From: a candidate division FCPU426 bacterium
GTDB lineage: Bacteria; Oederibacteriota; PGYV01; Palsa-1178
Assembly: GCA_963840035.1 (NCBI GenBank)
Contig: CAWIXE010000003.1
Location: 352,001-416,000 of the forward strand
Direction: 5' to 3'
Length of the DNA: 64,000 bases
Under the pieces are notes generated by a model. It worked only from the letters and a program-made list of their open reading frames with translations, did no database searches and was not told where the DNA came from. Position numbers and translations under genes: made by a program. Numbering within the stretch: position 1 is the stretch's first letter; each line of letters opens with the position of its first letter. Below, piece after piece: positions 56,952 to 64,000 of this stretch.

Positions 56952-57683
56952 GTGAATGCAAGATGGGCGGCGGCAGTAAAAATCAAAACACATATTTATG
57001 TATTTATAATCATTCTGGCGATGCATTCTATTTCTTATGCTACTGCTTCGATTGTTAGTGTCACAACGAGCCCGAGCCCCGCGTGTGGGGCCGCTACGCA
57101 GACGATTAGTGTGACCGTTGTTTTTTCTGAAAATTCTGCGTGGCAGGCTGTTTATGGAGCGGTTGTTTTTTCTGCAGATGCTTCTTGGACTAGCTCAGAT
57201 ACTTGGGCGGTAGGAGGTACAGGATGCGACCCGTGCTGCGACGGGGCGCTTTGGGGAACTGCGGGGGGCACTGTTCCGCAGACTTTTACCTGGGCAGGTA
57301 ATGTAACAATACCCAGCGGGTCATTTACACGTATGCTTATAGCAACACATACTGGGACACAATACAATTGCGGCAGTGATGGTTCCGCCATGACGTGGAT
57401 TGTATTTTCGCCTTCATGCAGCCCCATCACATCAGTAAATAAATCAGCGGATAAAACATCCATGTATGTGGGAGATACTGTGTCGTTCTGTCTTACCACG
57501 ACAAATACCGGCGGGTCAAATTATACTTTCAATATGTGGGACACGGTGCCGGCAGGACTGACTTATCTGGACTGCAGCGATTCTTGCACGTATTCGGGAG
57601 GAGTCGTGTCCTGGACGATTACAAATCTCGCCGGCAGCAGTGCGGTGACAAGGTGTTTTCGGGCAACGGCTAATACCCCGTAG
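56952..57683 (+). CDS. Small secreted protein: Cys-containing N-terminal domain plus C-terminal truncated DUF11
   Basis: AGGAG RBS, signal peptide; SVNKS...GDTVSFCLTTTN...WDTVP...RCFRATANTP*. Confidence 0.85.
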   Translation: MNARWAAAVKIKTHIYVFIIILAMHSISYATASIVSVTTSPSPACGAATQTISVTVVFSENSAWQAVYGAVVFSADASWTSSDTWAVGGTGCDPCCDGALWGTAGGTVPQTFTWAGNVTIPSGSFTRMLIATHTGTQYNCGSDGSAMTWIVFSPSCSPITSVNKSADKTSMYVGDTVSFCLTTTNTGGSNYTFNMWDTVPAGLTYLDCSDSCTYSGGVVSWTITNLAGSSAVTRCFRATANTP

Positions 57684-57749
57684 TTTTATTTCTGGTTCGG
57701 ATTCTTTAATTGTAATGACGGCTGAATAAAATAAAAAAGGAGAGAGCTG

Positions 57750-60700
57750 ATGAATACAAACAGGCTAACCGCGGTAAAGAGCGGGATAATGCTGTTTGTA
57801 TTATTGTTTCTGATGCTGTTTCATGGCAGCGCGCTTTTTGGAGCGACCCTTGTTAGCTTCACATCAAACCCTTCTCCGGCGTGCGGCGCTGCAGGACAGA
57901 CTATCTCGCTTACCACGGTTGCAATAAGCGGTACATATACTACTATTTCGTACACTATAATGTTCTCGGCTGATACTACAGCGGGAAACGCAGGAGATGT
58001 ATATGTTGTTGGAACTAATTGCGCAAACGGCAATGCAGCTCTTGGAACTGAAAACGCTCCGGCGGTAAATATTACAAAAGTAGATACTGTGACTATACCT
58101 GCAGGAACATTTAATTACATAATAGTAACTTTAACTGATAATAATGGCAATGGCTGTTCCAATAAAGGGCAGATTGCGTTTACCACCGCATGCGGGCCGA
58201 CAAATACAACGACGGTTTCTCCTACTATCACACCTACGCCTACACCTACAAGGATATTTATCAGCAATACCGGATACGCGGACGGAAAAGCATCCAACAG
58301 CGTCAGTGTCGAGATCCTGCTTGTCGCCGGGCCGCCGACGAACACGCCTTCGATCACGCCGACGTATACCATAACGCAGACAGTGACGCCGACCGTCACG
58401 AGGACCATCACGCCGACCATCACGCTGACCGCGACAGATACATTTACCAGGACTATCACGCAGACTATTACGCAGACCAGCACGCAGACCGTTACACAGA
58501 CTACTACCCCGGTATTTTCCCTCACCATGACCATGACCGTTACCCAGACAGCCACGCAGACGGTGACCAGGACAATAACGCAGACGATAACGCAGACGAT
58601 AACACAGACGATAACACAGACGATAACGCAGACAATAACCGAGACTGTGACGCGGACCATATCTCCGACGTGGACCAACTCGCCGGATAACAGCATGACA
58701 TTTACACCGACGGCCACGCCGACTTCGTTCCCGGCATGTATTTTTTCGGATTATTTTAATAACGCATCATTTGACGCCTCAATATGGAACACCGCGAACG
58801 TCGGTGCCGGGTCCAACGGCAGCCAGGCGGAGTCGGGGAACCTTACCATTACTGCGCAGGGCGGGGACATTGCGGGTACGGCGGATTCGTTCTATTACAT
58901 TTATCAGAAGACCAGTTCGGCAAACCTCGACATAAGGTTCCGTGTCACTGCGATTGGCAGCCAGTGGAACTCAAGGGTAGGTATCATGATCAGGGAGTCA
59001 ACAGCTGCTAATTCGGCTTTTGCTTCCATAAACATCAATAATAACAGCCACGATGACATTTCTCAGCAAAGGGCCTCGACAGGCGCCGGTGTATCATCGA
59101 GCGACCACTATAACGGTGGCAACTACTTAAGGATGGTAAAGACCGGGAATCAGATAATAACCTATGATTCTCCTGACGGTATTACATGGAATATACAGCA
59201 GACATATAATTTCGCATCATTTGCAAGTGATTATACTGTGGGAATTGTTGCAACTTCAAACACGGGCAGCAATAACACCTTCAGCGGGCAGGATTTCCAT
59301 GTTCAGACTGGCGCCTGCGGAACCCCGACGTTTACTGCAACTCCTACAAACTCAAACACATATACAGTCACATATACGCGCACAAACACACCGACTATTA
59401 CCGTGACTTATTCCAGTACATATACAAGGACTATAACACCTTCAATAACCCCCACATTTACGATAACCCCGCGTACCATTGGTAATATCGCAAATACAAG
59501 GTTTGGCCAGTCAAATAACGTGCTTGTGGCGGTATTTACGCCGACAGGCGCAATAGCCACAAATACCTTTACTGCTACGCGCACATCCACACCCACAGGC
59601 ACGCCCACGGCGACAAGGACATATACTGCGTCAGTTACCCCTACAGGGGTGCAGAACGTGGGTAACTGGGATTACGGCCAATCCAACTTTGTTGGCCTCA
59701 TTATAGTAACACCTACATTCACGGCCACCATAACTGTTTCACCAACCGTAACACCCTCATTTACATTTACCTACACAATAACCAGGACACCAACCTTTAC
59801 AGTAACACAATCAGTTACGGTCAATAATACAAACACGGTAACTGTCACGGGGACGCCATCGGTTACTCAGACTTTGACGCCTACATATACAACTACCGTA
59901 ACGCAGACTGTGACCCCGACTATAACGCAGACTATGACCCAGTCTGTAACCAGGACTATAACCATTACTGTGACGCAGAGCGTAACGCAGACTGTAACCA
60001 CGACCATATCGCAGACTGTGACGCAGACGCTCACACAAACAGTGACACAGACAGTGTCGCAGACGGTAACTCAGACAGTGTCGCAGACAGTCACGCAAAC
60101 GGTTACGCCAACTACATCGCCGACTTATACGCGGACTATAACTTTGACCGCGACCCAGACCGTGACGCAGACCATGACCCAGACCGTTACGCAGACGTTG
60201 ACGCAGACTGTTACAACGACAATAACACAGACCGTCACACAGACGGCGACTCAGACTATAACTCAAACAGCGACACAGACGGCAACGCAGACCGTGACAC
60301 AGACCGCGACTCAGTCAATAACGCCTACGACATCGCCTACGTTTACCCAGACCGTCACACAGACAGTAACGCAGACAGTGACGCAGACAGTGACACAGAC
60401 AGTGACACAGACGCTGACGCAGACAGTAACTCAGACTGTGACACAGACGGTAACGCAGACGCTGACGCAGACAATAACACAGACGGTAACGCAGACGCTG
60501 ACGCAGACAATAACACAGACGGTAACGCAGACGCTGACGCAGACTGTGACGCAGACAGTAACGCAGACGCTGACACAGACAGTAACGCAGACGCTGACAC
60601 AGACAGTAACGCAGACTGTAACACAGACACTGACGCAGACGGTAACACAGACACTGACGCAGACGGTAACACAGACAGTGACGCAGACCGTATCGCAGAC

Positions 60701-63700
60701 AGTAACACAGACGCTGACGCAGACAGTAACACAGACAGTGACGCAGACAGTAACGCAGACAGTGACACAGACAGTAACGCAGACTGTGACTCAGACTGTA
60801 ACACAGACGCTGACGCAGACAATAACACAGACGCTGACACAAACAGTGACGCAGACAGTGACACAGACAGTGACACAGACGCTGACGCAGACAGTAACTC
60901 AGACTGTGACACAGACGGTAACGCAGACGCTGACGCAGACAATAACACAGACGGTAACGCAGACGCTGACGCAGACTGTGACGCAGACAGTAACGCAGAC
61001 GCTGACACAGACAGTAACGCAGACGCTGACACAGACAGTAACGCAGACTGTAACACAGACACTGACGCAGACGGTAACACAGACACTGACGCAGACGGTA
61101 ACACAGACAGTGACGCAGACCGTATCGCAGACAGTAACACAGACGCTGACGCAGACAGTAACACAGACAGTGACGCAGACAGTAACGCAGACAGTGACAC
61201 AGACAGTAACGCAGACTGTGACTCAGACTGTAACACAGACGCTGACGCAGACAATAACACAGACGCTGACACAAACAGTGACGCAGACAGTAACGCAGAC
61301 AGTGACACAGACAGTATCGCAGACAGTAACGCAGACGCTGACGCAGACAGTGACACAGACAGTGACGCAGACAGTAACACAGACAGTAACGCAGACAGTA
61401 ACTCAGACCGTAACACAGACACTGACACAGACGGTGACACAGACAGTAACGCAGACAGTGACGCAGACAGTATCGCAGACAATAACACAGACGCTGACAC
61501 AAACAGTGACGCAGACAGTAACGCAGACAGTGACACAGACAGTATCGCAGACAGTAACGCAGACGCTGACGCAGACAGTGACACAAACGGTAACGCAGAC
61601 AGTAACGCAAACAGTGACACAGACGGTAACGCAGACGCTGACGCAGACAGTGACGCAGACAGTGACGCAGACAGTATCGCAGACGGTAACACAGACGCTG
61701 ACGCAAACAGTGACACAAACTGTAACACAAACTGTAACGCAGACTGTTACACAAACAATAACACAAACAATAACACAAACAATAACACAAACAATAACAC
61801 AAACAATAACACAAACAATAACACAAACAGTGACTGAGACAGTAACTCAGACAGTGACACAGACAATAACGCAGACTGTATCTCAGACAGTAACACAGAC
61901 GTTGACGCAAACAGTAACACAGACTGTAACACAGACTGTATCGCAGACGGTGACACAGACTGTAACACAGACGCTGACTCAGACAGTGACACAAACTGTA
62001 ACACAAACGATAACGCAGACAGTGACACAGACAGTATCGCAGACGGTAACGCAGACTGTGACTCAAACTGTGACTCAAACTGTTACACAGACAATAACGC
62101 AAACATTGACACAGACTGTCACCCAGACTGTAACGCAAACTGTGACACAAACTGTATCGCAGACTGTAACGCAGACTGTGACTCAAACTGTTACACAGAC
62201 AGTGACACAGACAGTAACGCAAACATTGACCCAGACTGTCACGCAAACTGTATCACAGACAGTAACGCAAACGTTGACACAGACAGTGACGCAAACAATA
62301 ACACAAACAGTGACTGAGACGGTAACACAGACGCAGACACAGACAGTGACACAAACTGTAACACAAACGATAACGCAGACTGTGACACAGACAGTATCGC
62401 AGACGGTAACACAGACTGTGACACAGACAGTATCGCAGACGGTAACACAGACGGTAACACAGACTGTGACTCAAACTGTTACACAGACAGTGACTCAAAC
62501 TGTTACACAGACAGTGACTCAAACTGTTACACAGACAGTGACTCAAACTGTAACTCAAACAGTAACGGAGACAGTAACACAGACAGTGACGCAGACCGTT
62601 ACGCGAACAGTAACTGAGACAGTAACCCAGACTATGACACAGACAGTAACGCAGACAATTACACAAACAGTAACGCAAACGTTGACGCAGACAGTAACTG
62701 AGACAGTAACGCAGACTGTTACACAAACAGTGACACAAACAGTGACACAAACAGTGACACAAACAGTGACACAAACAGTGACGCAGACAGTGACGCAGAC
62801 AGTGACGCAAACAGTAACTGAGACAGTGACACAGACCGTTACGCGAACAGTAACTGAGACAGTAACCCAGACTATGACACAGACAGTAACGCAAACAGTG
62901 ACCCAGACAGTCACCCAGACTGTCACACAAACTGTATCACAGACAGTTACGCAGACGATAACTCAGACAGTAACTGAGACAGTAACACAAACGTTGACGC
63001 AGACAGTAACACAGACAGTGACGCAGACGGTGACGCAGACAGTGACGCAAACAGTAACTGAGACAGTGACACAGACCGTTACGCGAACAGTAACTGAGAC
63101 AGTAACCCAGACTATGACACAGACAGTAACGCAAACAGTGACCCAGACAGTCACCCAGACTGTCACCCAGACTGTCACCCAGACTGTCACCCAGACTGTC
63201 ACCCAGACTGTCACCCAGACTGTCACCCAGACTGTCACCCAGACTGTCACCCAGACTGTCACCCAGACTGTCACACAAACTGTATCACAGACAGTTACGC
63301 AGACGATAACTCAGACAGTAACTGAGACAGTAACACAAACGTTGACGCAGACAGTAACACAGACAGTGACGCAGACGGTGACGCAGACAGTGACGCAGAC
63401 AGTAACGCAGACAGTAACGCAGACAGTGACACAGACAGTGACGCAGACAGTGACACAGACAGTGACGCAGACAGTGACACAGACAGTGACGCAGACAGTA
63501 ACACAGACCGTTACTCAGACTGTAACTGAAACAGTGACACAGACAGTGACTCGGACAGTAACGCAGACAGTAACTGAGACAGTAACGCAGACAGTGACAC
63601 AGACAGTAACGCAGACCGTTACTCAAACAGTAACACAGACAGTGACGCAGACAATCACACTGACGGTGACACAAACAGTAACGCAGACAGTTACTCAAAC

Positions 63701-64000
63701 AGTAACACAGACAGTAACACAGACAGTGACACAAACAGTAACACAAACCGTTACTCAGACAGTAACTGAAACAGTGACACAGACCGTCACACAGACTGTA
63801 ACTGAGACAGTAACACAAACAGTAACGCAAACTGTAACAGAAACTATAACCCAGACCGTAACGCAGACCGTAACGCAGACCGTAACACAGACCGTAACAC
63901 AGACCGTAACTAAAACAGTCACGCAGACTGTAACTGAAACCATAACGCAGACGGTAACGCAGACCGTAACGCAGACAATGACACAGACCGTGACGCAAAC
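57750..64000 (+). CDS. Giant secreted scaffold/stalk protein (>2083 aa, runs off window; missing from ORF track): N-terminal domain, three DUF11-strand peptides, ConA-like lectin domain, QTVT repeat
   Basis: AAGGAG RBS, ATG 57750, signal peptide [31 protein letters not shown]; frame read open to 64000; [18 protein letters not shown]...GIMIRES...SPDGITW domain at ~58730-59320. Confidence 0.88.
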   Translation, partial: MNTNRLTAVKSGIMLFVLLFLMLFHGSALFGATLVSFTSNPSPACGAAGQTISLTTVAISGTYTTISYTIMFSADTTAGNAGDVYVVGTNCANGNAALGTENAPAVNITKVDTVTIPAGTFNYIIVTLTDNNGNGCSNKGQIAFTTACGPTNTTTVSPTITPTPTPTRIFISNTGYADGKASNSVSVEILLVAGPPTNTPSITPTYTITQTVTPTVTRTITPTITLTATDTFTRTITQTITQTSTQTVTQTTTPVFSLTMTMTVTQTATQTVTRTITQTITQTITQTITQTITQTITETVTRTISPTWTNSPDNSMTFTPTATPTSFPACIFSDYFNNASFDASIWNTANVGAGSNGSQAESGNLTITAQGGDIAGTADSFYYIYQKTSSANLDIRFRVTAIGSQWNSRVGIMIRESTAANSAFASININNNSHDDISQQRASTGAGVSSSDHYNGGNYLRMVKTGNQIITYDSPDGITWNIQQTYNFASFASDYTVGIVATSNTGSNNTFSGQDFHVQTGACGTPTFTATPTNSNTYTVTYTRTNTPTITVTYSSTYTRTITPSITPTFTITPRTIGNIANTRFGQSNNVLVAVFTPTGAIATNTFTATRTSTPTGTPTATRTYTASVTPTGVQNVGNWDYGQSNFVGLIIVTPTFTATITVSPTVTPSFTFTYTITRTPTFTVTQSVTVNNTNTVTVTGTPSVTQTLTPTYTTTVTQTVTPTITQTMTQSVTRTITITVTQSVTQTVTTTISQTVTQTLTQTVTQTVSQTVTQTVSQTVTQTVTPTTSPTYTRTITLTATQTVTQTMTQTVTQTLTQTVTTTITQTVTQTATQTITQTATQTATQTVTQTATQSITPTTSPTFTQTVTQTVTQTVTQTVTQTVTQTLTQTVTQTVTQTVTQTLTQTITQTVTQTLTQTITQTVTQTLTQTVTQTVTQTLTQTVTQTLTQTVTQTVTQTLTQTVTQTLTQTVTQTVTQTVSQTVTQTLTQTVTQTVTQTVTQTVTQTVTQTVTQTVTQTLTQTITQTLTQTVTQTVTQTVTQTLTQTVTQTVTQTVTQTLTQTITQTVTQTLTQTVTQTVTQTLTQTVTQTLTQTVTQTVTQTLTQTVTQTLTQTVTQTVTQTVSQTVTQTLTQTVTQTVTQTVTQTVTQTVTQTVTQTVTQTLTQTITQTLTQTVTQTVTQTVTQTVSQTVTQTLTQTVTQTVTQTVTQTVTQTVTQTVTQTLTQTVTQTVTQTVTQTVSQTITQTLTQTVTQTVTQTVTQTVSQTVTQTLTQTVTQTVTQTVTQTVTQTVTQTLTQTVTQTVTQTVSQTVTQTLTQTVTQTVTQTVTQTVTQTITQTITQTITQTITQTITQTITQTVTETVTQTVTQTITQTVSQTVTQTLTQTVTQTVTQTVSQTVTQTVTQTLTQTVTQTVTQTITQTVTQTVSQTVTQTVTQTVTQTVTQTITQTLTQTVTQTVTQTVTQTVSQTVTQTVTQTVTQTVTQTVTQTLTQTVTQTVSQTVTQTLTQTVTQTITQTVTETVTQTQTQTVTQTVTQTITQTVTQTVSQTVTQTVTQTVSQTVTQTVTQTVTQTVTQTVTQTVTQTVTQTVTQTVTQTVTQTVTETVTQTVTQTVTRTVTETVTQTMTQTVTQTITQTVTQTLTQTVTETVTQTVTQTVTQTVTQTVTQTVTQTVTQTVTQTVTQTVTETVTQTVTRTVTETVTQTMTQTVTQTVTQTVTQTVTQTVSQTVTQTITQTVTETVTQTLTQTVTQTVTQTVTQTVTQTVTETVTQTVTRTVTETVTQTMTQTVTQTVTQTVTQTVTQTVTQTVTQTVTQTVTQTVTQTVTQTVTQTVTQTVTQTVSQTVTQTITQTVTETVTQTLTQTVTQTVTQTVTQTVTQTVTQTVTQTVTQTVTQTVTQTVTQTVTQTVTQTVTQTVTQTVTETVTQTVTRTVTQTVTETVTQTVTQTVTQTVTQTVTQTVTQTITLTVTQTVTQTVTQTVTQTVTQTVTQTVTQTVTQTVTETVTQTVTQTVTETVTQTVTQTVTETITQTVTQTVTQTVTQTVTQTVTKTVTQTVTETITQTVTQTVTQTMTQTVTQ
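59898..64000 (+). repeat. 12-bp coding minisatellite encoding (Q-T-V/L/I-T)n, over 300 units in window
   Basis: CAGACAGTRACR-type unit; nearly pure from ~60350; smaller block at ~58370-58660. Confidence 0.95.

Noticed and set aside
59811..63998. Minus-strand Cys/Leu/Arg/Tyr-, Ser/Leu- and Val/Thr/Cys-rich ORFs
   Set aside because: Antisense shadows of the 12-bp QTVT repeat; the plus frame has the RBS, signal peptide and real domains

Overview
Bacterial chromosomal window. The gene set (Thr-rich secreted proteins with T9SS-type-A-like C-terminal domains, a PorV-family barrel, glyQS) suggests a diderm candidate-phylum organism such as Ca. Goldiibacteriota; this is inference only. Housekeeping genes include priA, queF, dcd, nfo, uppP, pheS, dedA, tRNA-Ala(GGC), glyQ, glyS and trxA. 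A RAYT transposase sits inside a 21-copy REP array, and several other REP-like and heptamer inverted-repeat families fill the intergenic spaces. There are two clusters of large secreted proteins (9.8-31.5 kb and 53.1-64 kb). The top candidate for an undescribed system is at 53.1-64 kb. Three secreted proteins each end in a DUF11 (isopeptide-type Ig-like) domain that stops before its last two beta-strands. The adjacent giant QTVT-repeat protein carries three free-standing peptides (consensus hydrophobic-x-N-x-[GA]-x6-S-N-x-V) that match those missing strands. This looks like a natural split-domain catcher/tag scaffold for possibly covalent surface assembly. Also notable is a +1 frameshift at an in-frame CCC-C that separates a ~4030-aa adhesin from its C-terminal export domain.
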